The position numbers and the translations under genes are program-made. Below, piece by piece: positions 13,734 to 28,355 of a DNA stretch of 64,000 nucleotides. Origin of the DNA: the human T2T-CHM13v2.0 reference genome, Homo sapiens; NCBI RefSeq assembly GCF_009914755.1, contig NC_060947.1; one strand, given 5' to 3'. The notes under the pieces were generated by a model, which was not told where the DNA came from, did not search any database, and was given only the letters and a program-made list of their open reading frames with translations. Position 1 is the stretch's first letter; each line of letters starts with the position of its first letter.

Positions 13734-14705
13734 ATAATTCTGGGTTTTACATTTAAGTTGTTAATCCATCTGGAGTTGATTTTATATATTGTGTAAGGAA
13801 GGAGTCCAGCTTCAATTTTCTTCATATGGCTAGTCAGTTATCCCAGCACCGTTTATTGAATAGGCAGTCTTTTGTGCATTGCTATTTTTTGTCAGCTTTA
13901 TTGAAGAATTTATCCATCTCTTCTGTTTCCTAGTTTGTGTGCATAGAGGTGTTCATAGTAGTTTCTGATGTATCTTTTATTTCTGTGGAGTCAGTAGTAA
14001 CATTTCCTTCATCACTTCTAATTCTGCTTATTTGGATCTTCCCTCTCTCTTCTTCTTAATTAGTATAGCTAGTGGCATAGTTTCTTAATTTTTTCAAAAA
14101 ACCAACTCCTAGATTTATTGACCATTTGAATTATTTTTCATGTCTCAATTTTCCTCAGTTCAGCTCTGATTTTTGTATTTCTCATCTTCTGCTAGCTTTG
14201 AGGTTGATTTATTCTTGCTTATCTACTTCTTTCAGTTGTGAAGTTAGATTGCTCATTTGAGTTCTCACTTTTTGAAGTTGGCATTTAGTGTTACAAATTT
14301 CTCTCTTAACACTGTCTTAGCTATGTCCCAGAGATTCTGGTATGTTGTATCTTTGTTCTCATTATTTTCAAAAAAAATTCTTGGATTTCTGCCTTAATTT
14401 CATTATTTACCTAAAAGTCATTCAGGATCATGTTTAAGTTCCATGTAATTGTATGGTTTTGAACGATTTTTATTGTGTTGACTTCTATTTTTATTTCACT
14501 GTAGCCTGAGAGTGTGTTTGGTATGATTTCAGTTCTTTTACATTTGTTGAAGATTATTTTATGTCCAATTATGTGGTCAATTTTATAGTATGCATCACAT
14601 GACTATTAGAAGAATGTTTATTCTATGGTTTTGGGCTGGAGGCTTCTGTAAAGGCCTATCAGTTCCATTTGGTTAAATGCTTAGTTTATGTCCTGAATAT
14701 CTTTG

Positions 14706-15209
14706 TTAATTTTCAGCCTTGATGATCTGTCTAATACTGTCAGTGGAATGTTCAAATCTTCCACTATTATTGTGTGAGAGTCTGTCTCTTTGTAGGTCTC
14801 TAAGAACTTGCTTAATGAATCTGGGTGCTCCTGTGTTGGGTGTATATGTATTTAGGATAGTTAGGTCTTCTTGTTGAATTGAATCCTTTACCATTATGTA
14901 ATGCCCTCCTTCTTGTTTTTTTTTTTTTTTTTTTATCTTTTTTGGTTTGAAATCTGTTTTGTCTGAAATTAGAATTGCAACTCCTGTTTTGTTTTTTTTT
15001 TTATTTTTTCTATTTGCTTGGTAGATTTTTCTCGATCCCTTTATTTTGAGCCTATGAGTGTCATTACATGTGATATGGGTCTCTTGAAGACCGCATACCA
15101 TTGGGTCTTGCTTTTTTATCCAGCTTGCCACTCTGTGCCTTTTAAGTGGGGCATTTAGCCTATTTACATTCAAGGTTAGTATTAATATATGTGAATTTGA
15201 TCCTGTCAT
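14706..15209 (-). pseudogene. Decayed L1 ORF2 endonuclease domain
   Basis: Motifs TLNVN, LQETH, GVAILISDK, GHYIMVK, PNTGAPRFIKQVL, followed by a frameshift. Confidence 0.9.
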
Positions 15210-18200
15210 TATACTGTTAGTTGGTCATTATGTTGGCTTGTTTGTGTGGTTGCTTTTACAGTGACACTGATCTGTGTGTTTAAGTGTGTTTTTGTATTAG
15301 CTGTTAGTGGTTCTTTCTTTCTATATTTAGTGTTACTTACATGATCTCTTGTCTGGCCAGTCTGATGGTAATGAACTCCCTCAATGTTTATCTGAAAAGG
15401 ACCTTATCTCTCCTTCACTTAGGAAGCTTAGTTTGGCTGGATATGAAATTCTGGTTGAAGATTTTTTTTTTTTAAGAATGTTGATTATAGGCTTACCAAT
15501 CTCTCCTGACTCATAGGGTTTCAGCTGAGAGGTCTGCTGTTAGCCTGATGGGGATCCTTTGCAGGTGTCCTGCCTTTTGTCTCTAGTTGCCTTTAATATT
15601 CTTTCATTTTGACCTTGGAAAATCTGATGATGGTGTGTCTTGGAGATGATCTTGTATCAATCTTGCAGGAGTTTTCTGTATTTCCTGAATTTGACTGTTG
15701 ACCTCTCTAGCAAGGTTGAGAAAGTTTTCATGGATGATATCCTGTAATCTATTTTCCAAGTTGTTTGCTTTCTCCCCCTCCCTTTCAGGGATGCCAATGA
15801 ATCATAGATTAGGCCTCTTTACAAAATTCCATACTTTTCAGAGGTTTTGTTCATGCTTTTTTTTCCTGTCCTATTTCAGCAAACCTGTCTTCAAGTTCTG
15901 ACATGCATTTCTCATCTTGGTTTATTCTGATGTTAATTCTTGTGATTGCATTGCAAAAAATCAGCTCTGTCAGTCCCATTAGGTACTTTTTTATACTGGC
16001 TATTTTGTCATTCAGCTCCTGTATCACTTCAATGTAATTCTTATTTTCCTTGGATTGGGTTTTGTTATCCTCCTGAATCTTGATCTTTGTGTCTAGCCAT
16101 ATTCTAAATTCTATTTCTGTCATTCCAGCTAGTTTGGCCTTGTTAAGAACCCTTGTTGTAGAACTGATGTGGTCATTTGGAGGACATATGACACTCTGGT
16201 CATTTGAGTTACCAGAGTTCTTGCATTGGTTCTTTCTTACCTCTGCATGTGGGTGTTCCTTTAACTGCAATGTAGATTGGGTACAGTCAATATACTTTTC
16301 TGGATGTTTTCACTGGGCCAAAGCTTTGTGTAGTATCTTTATTTGAAGCTGACTTCTTGTCTCTGGCTTCAGAGTGGGGTATGTTAGTGAGGTATTTTTG
16401 GTGTTGAAGTTTTGGAGTTTAATCCAGCAGGTGACACTTAGGTTTACTTGTCAATTGAAAGACTCTTGTGTGGCTACCCTGTGTTTTCTCACAGCTGCAG
16501 CCGTGTTTCCTCCTGGTGTTCTGAAACTGTGGGTTCCTGTGCCCCCTTAAGTGCTGGCTGTAGTTCACAATTTGGCACTCCTGGGCTGCCCACTGTAGAT
16601 TTGGGTGATCTCAGTGTTTATGTTTCTTCCCCAGCTTAGAGGCAGCAGAGCAAGAGATCTTAGTAGTGGTAGTAGCCAAGTGTTGTTTGTTTGACTCCTG
16701 GGGGCTCCACCCCAGAGAGATGCAGGCCAGCAATTGCTCAGTGCTATCAGCCTAAGATGGAGGGTTTGTGCTGTGGGCGCACACCAAGGGTTCCGTGTCT
16801 GGTGATAAGCCATCGGGGTGTGTGGGACCTGTAGGAGACAAACTGGCCTCCTCTTCTTGAGTAGACTGTACATCTAACCATCTGGACACTTTTTTGTAGG
16901 GCTGCTGCAGTATGCTTAGGGCTCACCAGTGAAGGCTATAAAATGGCAAAGATGGCAGCCTGTCTCTCTGTCTGGGAGCTTTGTCCCAGGGAAGCACAGA
17001 CCTGTTGCTGGCCCAAAGGCACCTGTAAAATGTGGCTGGAGACCCCAGTTGGGAGGTCTGTTTCCAACTATTAATACAGATTTGGAATAAAGGTTTATGA
17101 AATTGATTATTACTAAATGTTGAATAATAAATATTCAGTCTGTTAACTCATTTTCTATTATCATAGATTTTGTTATGTATTGATATGGTCATAATGTTGA
17201 AGCAATAAGAATGTGAAACACGTCAACAATTCCCAGAATTTATGCCTATTAATAATTATCTTCAATTTTATGGCTATTTATTTTATAAAATGAAATTTCT
17301 GCAAGAATATAACACAATATTTTAAATTGAAAAGCCATTATGATGACTGCATCTATCGTACAGCTTCCATGGTCTTAGTCACAAGCCATGGTATTTCAGT
17401 ACACATACTATTATATTAGATTGATTTATGACATGTTCCAATATATTTTGACAAGATAAATTTCCAGAAGACTGTGCTCATGTAATCTCTGAAGGATGAG
17501 TTAAAGCTACATATTTAAAACAGTGCATAGCATTTTGTTTCTATAACTTTCTATTTGTATAAAATTCAATTCAGTATTATATGAGAAGGAAAGTACTTGA
17601 AAAACTCAGTTATACACACAGTAATATATATGTCATATGTATTATAATCTATCAGCATGAAAATCTTTTCAGGCCCATTGTACTACTAATATAATAAAGT
17701 TACATGACTACTACTACTACTAAACTACTATGAATGAAGTGAAATCACTTACATAATTTCATCTTCATGGTCTTCATCAAACAGAGCAGTGATTTACCTG
17801 ACAAATCTGTATACCTCATAGACATTGATTTTCTTTTTCTTAAGATTTGGTTTAATGTTTTCAGTAAACAGCTCTTAAAACATCATTTTTAAAATAGCAG
17901 GGCTTTAATTACTGTATGATTATATTTTTTTTAATGGGAGAGAAGATCATGGCCAATAAATAGTTAAGTTCTCTCTCTCCCTCCCTCCACGTCCTGAATA
18001 TCTCTGGCCAATCTTTTCAGCATTGTCTACTCTGTGAGTAATATTTAATATTGTAGAAATCTTTTGCTCAGAATGATTGCCCTAAAAGTACACAGGCACA
18101 GCTAACAAGAAAGAACTCTAGTAACTTAAACACGTTTATAAAATAATGCTTTAATTTTTAAATAATGCTCTGGGTTGTTTGATTTGAGGCAGATAGTTGT

Positions 18201-18835
18201 GCAGTGGATGGCTCATGCCAAAAACTTGAAAACGTGGGCCCTTTGCAAAGAAGCGCCTACAGGAAATATATAAATCCCCTTCATTGAGCCAGCCCTGCCT
18301 CTTTGGAAGTCACTAACCCCAGCTTTCAAGCTAAGGGTTGGAAGACTGTCTGATTGATATATGCTGGGCCAGAGTAACAGAGTGGGTTCCTTCAGGATCA
18401 GCTGTGCTGTAAACACAGCATTAGCTTTTAGTTTTCCACAATCCTAACACTTTCTTAAAGTCTCATGCATATATGCCTCAATTGACGCTTCCCTTTGCCT
18501 TTGTAGTGTTCCACCCGATATGAAGATTTATAAAAATATCTTTAATAATTTCATTTTTTTCTTTTTATGTACAGTCTTCCATGATCTTCTGAACTGTAAG
18601 AAAAAGCTACTATACCACCAGAAAAAAAAAATACCAGCATTGATTACATAGAGCTGGGTCTATTTCTGTTGTGCTTATAAGCTTACTTAAATTTACTAAA
18701 GCTAGTAGAAGGAGAAATAATATTCAGTCATTAATTAATTCCACTTGTGAAACACCTTTAAGGTTTATAAGCACAATAACCTTTGGTTGAAATTTTCATT
18801 AGAATAAGGACATTATGTGTCACTTGATGTGATTT

Positions 18836-19515
18836 TTTTTCCTCTTTGTAACTTTTTATTTTTAAATAGCTTCAAACCTAGAAAAGCTGCATTAATTCCT
18901 ATTTACTCTTGCCTTAGATTCTCCATTTGTAACTATTTTCTATTTGCTTTATTTTTTGTCTTTATTCATACACATACACATTATTTTCAGAACCATCTGA
19001 AAATAAATTGAAGACAAGATGCTTCTTTAGCTATAAATACTTAAGCATTTATTTCCTAAAAACAGAGAATTGTCTCACATCAGTGTAAATTATCATGATT
19101 ACGATATTTTTCAAATTTTCAATAATATACTTTAGAAAACAAATTAATCCTGATCCAATATTAGTTGCACTGCATTTAATTATAATGTCCTTTTGCTCTC
19201 CTTTAATCTGGAATAGTTCATCGGTCTTTTTTGCAGGGGAGGTGGAAAGGTGGAAAGTTTTCATAACCTTGATGTTTTTAAAAATTACAGGCTGCTTATT
19301 TTGTAGACTTTTTTTGCATTTGTATTTATTTGCTGTTTATGATTAGATTCAAGTTATGCAGTTTTAGCAGGAATACTGGATAAATTACATGTTCTTTTCA
19401 GTGTATGGTATTATTAGGCAAATAGAGTTGGTTTGCCCCAATACTGGTGATGTTAAATTCAGTCACTTAATTAAAGCATTGTCTGGCGTGTTTTCTCACT
19501 GTAAAAATTATATGT
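18836..19515 (-). mobile_element. Old L1MC-type 3'UTR fragment
   Basis: ctataaatacttaagcatttatttcctaaaaac...gattagattcaagttatgca...tactggtgatgttaaattcagtcactt resemble L1MC4/5 3' ends. Confidence 0.65.
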
Positions 19516-20019
19516 CATTTTTAAGACTTTATTTTTGGCCAGTAGGCAAAGAAACTGCAACCACAGGCTTCCAACACTAAGATGCTCAACCGAAGAAGCC
19601 ACGCTCTTAAGAGAGCAGGAAAAAACTGGTTTCGTTTTGGTGAGTTTCATTTTCTAGGCATTTATTTAATCTTCTAATTAAAATTTTCATTAGACTGTAG
19701 ATTTATAACTATAAGAAACACCCTATAAGTAAATAGCATTTGCAAATATTTGTCTGTACAACCTCCAATGAGCATTGTTATTGCGGCCTTATATTCCAAT
19801 GAGACATACATATAACATCTGATTAAAAGTCTTTCTTTAGGTTTGAAAGATTTTCAGAAGCAGAATCTGCATAATCTGACTCATTTGAAAACAAATAGAT
19901 TTTAAAAACAGACATATTGAGAATGTAGTGGACAGGGGACTCTGGGAAAAGTTTGACTTTGTTCAAGCGCTCATTGTCTTATGCCTTCTAGACTGATCTT
20001 CTATCCAGACCCTATGACT

Positions 20020-20640
20020 TCAACACGATCTTCAAATAGTTTCAAATTATTCTTTTATAACACACAAGTCTGTCAAAATTACTGCTCCATTTAGCATTCC
20101 CTTTTTTTTTGTACTGAACACAGAAGAAAACATTTGTTTATCATAGCATTCTAAAAAAAACTGTATACTATGCTACCCTTCACACACGTTCTTTTACAGA
20201 CTTATCTTGAACAAACCACCATCTCCACTCAATGCCCAGTACTCTTCTGGTACACTATAGTTTTTACTATTCCTGGAACATTTTATGCATACAGTTTTAT
20301 ACTTTTGTCATTTTATCAAAGTACCTCATCCAAAAGAAATATCCTTGTCTACACTTCTTAATACTTTACTCATCCTTAAAGATCCAACTTAATGGATACC
20401 TCTTTGATGAGCTTTTTTATTATCCTCACAATTGGAATGAATCTATACTTTGATTTCAGTGTTTTATACATTTTTAAATAGATGTCTTCATCTTTTCCTA
20501 ATGTTATAAAGCAGTTACATACACATTCTCAGTGACTAGTGTATATGCTTCCCAAGAGCACAAAATATATCTTAGTTGTTTTCATATCTTTACTGACTAA
20601 TCTTTTGACACATAGCAGATGCTTCAAATACCTTGATAAC
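20020..20640 (+). mobile_element. L2 3' fragment
   Basis: ctcatccttaaagatccaactt...gactagtgtatatgcttccc...gacacatagcagatgcttcaaatac resemble the L2 3' end. Confidence 0.55.
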
Positions 20641-22105
20641 CCATAAAACTGACTGTATAGAGTCAAAAGATGTCACATGATAGAAAATAAACATTTATAC
20701 AATATTGGGCTGAGATTCTCCAGAATCCAGTTTTATTTATTCACATCTATTCATTCATAGCTTATCAAGTATGAACTCTTATACTGTCTTGTAGTAATTG
20801 CACATCAACCTGTTTCAAATGGACTGCTTCACAAAGCAAGTTGTTGTCCTGTTTGTGTCTTGTACATGTCCTTAGTTGTATTGGAGGTGCATGCACCTGT
20901 CTAGTAGAGCCTGAAAGCTCACCACCAGCAGATTCACATTAAAATTCTGACCATTATAAAGGTTTCATACTTTCTAAAGTACCCTAGACTTGGCTACCAC
21001 TACCTGTTGCTCCAGAGTACAAGATATCTACATTGATGCCCACATTTTAGCCATTTTTATTCTCATTTCCAAGTCTTGCATGATTCCCAGGGGAAATGTG
21101 TAATTACTTTGTTTTATAATTTTATGTTTATGTTTATGAAAAAGAGCATCATGCATCAGTAGTGAAATAACTATATTGTGTCACAGGAGGAAAGCTAAAA
21201 CACTTTCAATGGTTTCCTTTTTGGTGTTCTTTTAAGGTTGGTGTAAAAGTAATTGCAGTTTTAGATCATGAATTTTAAATCATTACAACTAGGCTCAAAC
21301 ACATATTTATTAATCCAAATAGGAACCATTACAATTAGTCCATTTTTGCCAACAAGAAATAAGTTTGCTTACTACTATAGCATAAAAATCCATGCTTCAG
21401 AATTTGATGAATGCCTGGAAAGCATTTTCTGCATCCTGCTGTTTGTGGAAGCATTTTCTAGGCAAAACATTGTGGAGATACTGGAAGAAGTTGTATTCAG
21501 TTGGTAAGAGGTCAGGTGAATATGGCAGATGAGGCAAAACTTTGTAGCCCAATTTGTTCAATTTTCAAAGCATTGGTCAGGCAACGTGCAATCAGGCATT
21601 GCCATGAAGAATTGGGCCGGTTCTGTTGACCAATGCCAGCTGCAGGCATTGCTATTTTCCATGCATCTCATTGATTTGTTGAACATACTTCTCAGATATA
21701 ATGGTTTCAGTGGGATTCAGAAAGCTGTAGTGGATAAGATCGGCAGCAGACCATGAAACAGTGACCACGACTTTTTTTTTTTTTTTTTTTTTTTTGGTGC
21801 AAATTTGGCTTTGGGAAGGGATTGGAAGCTTCTTCTCAATCTAACCACTGAGCTGGTCGTTGATGGTTGTCGTACAAAATCCACTTTTCTTCCTACATCA
21901 CAATCAGTTTGAGAAATGGTTCATTGTTGCATAAAATAAGAGAAGACAACACTTCAAAATTTTTTTTTTATTTTTGCTCAGCTCATGTGGCACCCACTTA
22001 TCGAACTTTTTCCAATATGCTTCAAATGCTGAACAATCATAGAATGGTAGATGATAGGTTTTTTGGCAAGGTCTTGTGTAGTTGCAAGAGGATAAACTTA
22101 GATGA

Positions 22106-22900
<795 letters not shown>

Positions 22901-23194
22901 TTTTTTTTTTGTTGTTGAGACAGAGTTTTGCTCTTGTTGCTCTGGAGCGCAAATGCGCGATCTCAGCTCACTGCAACCTCCTCCTCCTGGGTTCAGTGAT
23001 TTTCGTGCCTCAGCCTCCTGAGTAGCTGGGATTATAGGCACATGCCACCATGCCTGGCTAATTTTTGTATTTTTAGTGGAGACGGGGTTTCGCCATGTTG
23101 GCCAGGCTGGTCTCGAACTCCTGACCTCAGATAAGCTGCACACCTCGGCCTTCCAAAGTGCTGGGATTATAGGTGTGAGCCACAGCATACAGCC
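22901..23194 (-). mobile_element. AluS (Sp/Sq-like) within Hsmar1
   Basis: gagttttgctcttgttgc-type start; followed by TSD copy ttgaatttgcttttt. Confidence 0.9.
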
Positions 23195-23863
23195 TTGAAT
23201 TTGCTTTTTGTCTAACATCATTTTCATAGTCTAAAATAAATAGCAAGTAATAAGTCATTAGCAGAAAAATAAAATGAGAAATGCGCATTAAAATGGTGTA
23301 TAATATAACCAAATTTATTTAAGATTGTATTCCAATATCAAATGGCAAAATTCAACAATGCAAATATCGCAATTACTTTTGCATCAATCTCCAAACAATC
23401 TTATCTTTCCATTTAGTGGGTTAGGAGGTTTTAAGGCCAAAGTTGCCTCCAAAAACAATAACAAACCTAGACTAAAAAAAATTATTGGATCTCTAACTCT
23501 GCAGCTTCCTTAAAGCTAAAATAAGAGCACCAGTGTCTAACATACGCATATACCCAATATCAACTAAGAACTTTCATGAAGAAGAAAGCAGGCAGGATAA
23601 TCTACCCAAAAACGTCTTCAACTTCCTCATTAAAAAAAATGTTAACCCAAAAATGGCCCGGAGTAGGATGTGTATATTAAGATATTTTATATTTGCTTTT
23701 TAGATTTGTTTACAAGACTACCAACAAGCAAATGTGGCATTTATGTTCAAAAGACTATTTTGGAGCTTCTCTAATAAGTGAATTTTGCTGAACATCTGAG
23801 GCAATTCACAGCCAGTTAAATGTACTGCAAAGTCAGTAATGATTCACAATAATTATATATATA

Positions 23864-24170
23864 TTTTTTCTTTTTTGAGGCAAGGTTTTGTTCTGTTGCC
23901 CAGACTGCAGTGCAGTGGCATGATCATGGCGCACTGCAGCCTCAACCTTCTGGGCTCAAGCAATTCTCCCGTCACAGCATTCAGAGTAGCTTAGACTACA
24001 GGCATGTGCCACAAATCCCAGCTGGTTTTATTTTTTATTATTATTTTTAGTAGAGACAATGTCTTGCTATGTTGTTTAGGCTGGTCTGCAAGTCTCTTAG
24101 CCTCAAGCAATCCTCCCACCTTGGCCTCCCAAAGTGCTGGGATTATAGTCATGAGCCACCGTGCCTGGCC
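23864..24170 (-). mobile_element. AluJ
   Basis: J diagnostics gatcatggcgcactgcagcctcaacc, gggctcaagcaat, tcttgctatgttg. Confidence 0.9.
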
Positions 24171-24844
24171 ATATTTGGTTTTTATATATGCATATGTGCT
24201 TTACAATGATGTAGAAGTGCTATGTAAGTATTGCTTTATATTAACCCATCTTTCAAGTTTGTATGGAAATCTGGGCAAAAATTGCAGACTTACACTTCTC
24301 CTAGAAGATAATTTTTGAATACATCAGTGAATTTTACTGGATTTAAGAAAGTTCCCCATGGCTGAATAGCTAGCTCTAAAATCATCACTGAATTAATAGC
24401 AAAATGATCTATACTATATTTTTCATTGCCCCCAGTTTCTCAGGGATTCAGGGAATAGAGAATATTATGAAGGTTTTGCAAAAAAAAAAAAAATCCTAAT
24501 GAGATGTATTAGCTTTATTGAAGCATAGCTACTCCTTAAAGATTTGCTCTGAGAACAGCTGTAAGCCCATTCTATGCTTCATTAAAAAGAGCTCTTAATT
24601 AAGAATCAATGCCCAGAAATAGTTTGGGAAGGAGAGAGTGCTTCATACTTGTCAACGCTGTGCTCACTTACCAATGTATTTCCTCTCTCTTCATATTACT
24701 AAAATTACAAGAGAAATGAAAAACACACTTTAAAAAAAGTTATTCTTAGGAGATATGATCTTCATTTAGAATACACTTGATATGAAATCCAAACTAAACA
24801 TTTTGTAAACATAGATAAAAATTAATGAGATACATACCATGGAA

Positions 24845-24945
24845 GTTAAGAGCTATGTCTTACTCATCTTTGCATGGTCCACAGGTTAATACAGTGACAT
24901 GCATGGAGCAGGTAGTTAATAAACATTCATATACAGGAATGAAAA
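24845..24945 (+). mobile_element. L2 3' terminal fragment
   Basis: tatgtcttactcatctttgcat...acagtgacatgcatggagcaggtagttaataaacatt. Confidence 0.5.
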
Positions 24946-24992
24946 GAAGGAGTAGGGGAGGGAGAATTTAATAATAGTATATGCCACTTCTT

Positions 24993-25536
24993 TTATTAAT
25001 TTTAATTTTTATTTTACGTTCCAGGGTACATGTTCAGGATGTTCAGGTTTGTTACATAGGATGTTCAGTATGTACAGGTTTGCGTGTCATGGTTGTTTGC
25101 TGCACCTATCAACCCATCATCTAGGTATTAAGCCCAGCATGCATTAGCTATTTTTCCAAATGTTCTCCATCTCCACATTCCACCCCCCAACAAGCCCAAG
25201 TGTGTGTTATTCCCTCCTTGTGTCCATGTGTTCTTATTGTTAAGCTTCCACTTATAAGTGACAACATTGGTTTTCCTTTCCTGCGATTGTTTACTAAGGA
25301 TAATGGCATCCAGCTCCATCCATATCCCTGTAAAGAACATGGTCTTTTCCCTTTTTATGGATGCATAGTGTTCCACATTTTCCTTATCCAGTGTATCATT
25401 GATGGGCATTTGGATTGATTCCATGTCTTTGCTATTGTGAATAGTGTTGCAGTGAACATATGTGTGCATGTATCTTTGAATAGAATCATTTATATTCCTT
25501 TGGGTATATACCTAGTAATGGGATTGCTGGGTCAAA
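24993..25536 (-). mobile_element. 5'-truncated L1PA (about L1PA7-10) 3' end
   Basis: L1PA 3'UTR in antisense; candidate TSD tatatgccacttctt (24978) / tgtataccatttctt (25537). Confidence 0.88.
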
Positions 25537-25558
25537 TGTATACCATTTCTTAATAGAT

Positions 25559-25680
25559 TATTCTGTGCCAGAAACTATGATACTTATTTAACTTTCATTA
25601 TTTTATATGTTCCTCACAATATTCTGTGCCAGAAACTATGATACTTATTTAACTTTCATTATTTTATATGTTCCTCACAA
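25559..25680. repeat. Perfect 61-bp tandem duplication
   Basis: 25559-25619 is identical to 25620-25680. Confidence 0.97.
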
Positions 25681-28149
25681 CAATCCTGAGAAAGATGAAA
25701 GAAGACAGGAATATAAAATAAAGTGTTTGTTCATGAGATTAAGTAATATGTATACTAGCTGAGAACTGCATCAGATATTAAATAATTATCAATGTGTGTC
25801 AATAAAGATAAGAAAACCAAAATCAGAAGGCAGAAGGAAGAAAAATCATTTGTGTCCTATTCTTTTCAATCCAGATTGTGCATTATGTATGATTTAAAAT
25901 ACTCTCACAATTTTTGTGTATTTTATTAATGAGTTAATATTTGTGAATTGAAGGTCAAATTTACAGCAATAACTACAAACCAAATGTATTGCATTTAATA
26001 AAATCACTTGTCTTTCCTCAGATTCTGTAGTTTCAGAAGAAGCCATTATTGAGCATAATATTTTCCACGGAAGAAGTCCTCCTAAAAGATAACATCGTTT
26101 TAATGAAATAGAACTTTAGCAGCACCAAACCAGGTTAGCATAATGCACCCCCATAAACACACACACACATCCTCAACATACACATGTCCAACCTACTGAC
26201 ATAAAGCAACAATCACAGCTGAAGCCAATTATGTTTTCTTTCTACAGAAATTTGGGTGGCATATTTTAAAGTCATTCAAATCTAATAGCTGCAATTTAAC
26301 TTTCATACAATACATACTGGCACAAATTAAAATGAACTAATGTTGAGATTCAGAGAACAAGCACTGTTTTCTATAGAACATCATTCTTTCCTTCTTCAAA
26401 GAGTTAAATAACATCCTAGGGTTTTGGCCATCATATATGAATGCAAGGCCCACCTATTTAAATCAGGATTTACTTGATTAATATGTTTGAATCACCTAGT
26501 TAGTTCATCAGAATGCAGCTAGAATACTAACCTTGACGTCGTACGACCTGATGAAAACTTAGTTTTACGGTATATGCAAATGAACTTCTTTAATTTCATT
26601 TTTAAGTTTTATGAACACTTCCATTTGTATCTCCTGATCGAGTTAAAAGTTAACATAAATCTTCTGTTTAATATCGTATACACCCTAGCAATACAATAGC
26701 ATTAGGACATCTCAGGTGTCTAAGTGAAACTTTTAAGTTAGAAAGTGGAAGATATACTGAACTTATTAGCTTTATCATATATAGCTATTAAATAATTAGA
26801 CATTTTTCACTTACATATTTCAAGTGAATCCAAATATTTTTTCAGACCAATCATTTGCATTCTTTAAATTTAACATTGTGTATAAATATATTTAATAAAA
26901 ATACAATTTAAGTTGATAATTTAGCCTTTTAAAATATTTTTGAGGAATCAAGGATCCATTTATTTACCTTATTATTGTAAAACCCAATTCTTCAAATAAC
27001 TAAGTAAAAATCTAGAATTGATACAATTTAAATAATCTTGAATTTGTTAGTATGACTATTTAACAGTGAGAACAGAAAGTATTGTATTTTTCAAACATAC
27101 AATATAACTAAACTTTCTCCCCCTCTCCACAACTTGCACAGTTTGTATAGTATTTTCAAATATTTGACCAAGAAGGTATCTGTTCACTTGAATGTATTAT
27201 GCCTATAGAGAGTTGATAAAGCAGCATATAAACCTGACAATATTAACAATCAGTCAGGAGAATTTGTCTCAGTAAAATTAAGTAACACGTATTTGACCAC
27301 TCGGAGACGAAAATTAAATTTTGAATCTGTCCTTCACTAAAATGCACTCAGTTTTTAACTTTATAAAATATAGGGTTGGTGGAAAAGTAATGGAGTAATA
27401 GAACTAAAAACTTGATGCTACAATTAAAATATATTTAAAATTCTTATTCACTGGATATTAGAAATAATTAAAATAAGTCAATATATTTGTATTTTATGTA
27501 TTTCATGTTTCCAAAACAGATCTGAAGCAGATTAAACTACAATATTTAAATAAAATAAAATAATATATTGTGCTTATTTGTCAATTTTTTATTTTAGTTC
27601 AGTAAGAATTAATTTTACTAATTATTTTGCCATATGTCATTTATCATGTTTTATGTTATTTATAAAAATTTTAATGTATTGCTCATTTTATTTGTTTTTT
27701 AGCACTAAGTGATAAGTAGCTACTTTAAAGTCAAATTTTATTTTAATATTTGTTTATATAGGATTTGCTAAAAGATAAAAATCTTCATTTATTCTTTTTT
27801 TATTATTTCAATAGTTTTGGGGTAACGGGTGTTGTTTGGTTACATGGATAAGTTATTTAGTGGTGATTTCTGAGATTTTGGTGCACTCATTACCCAGGCA
27901 GTGTACACTGTACTCAGTGTGTAGACTTTTATCCCTCACCCTCTCTCATCATTCCCCATGAGCCCATTGTGTCATTTGTATATGCCTTTGCATCCTCATA
28001 GTTTAGCTTCTACTGATAAGTGAGAACATGTAATGTTTGGTTTTCCATTCCTGAGTTATTTCACTTAGAATAATGGTCTCTAACTCCATCCAGTTTCCTG
28101 TGAATGTATTTATTTCATTATTTTTTATGGCTGAGTAGTATTCCATACA

Positions 28150-28183
<34 letters not shown>

Positions 28184-28355
28184 GTGTGTGTATATATATA
28201 CATATATACATATATACATATATATACATATATACATATACATACATATATACATATATATACATATATACATATATACATATATACATATATACATACA
28301 TACATATATACATACATATATACATATATATATACACACACATATATATATATAT
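28150..28355. repeat. Compound (TG)n / (TA, TACA)n microsatellite
   Basis: About 200 bp of alternating purine-pyrimidine sequence inside the L1. Confidence 0.95.

Noticed and set aside
26548-26580. Hammerhead ribozyme core (CTGATGA plus hairpin aaaac-tta-gtttt)
   Set aside because: No GAAA after stem II and no stems I/III.
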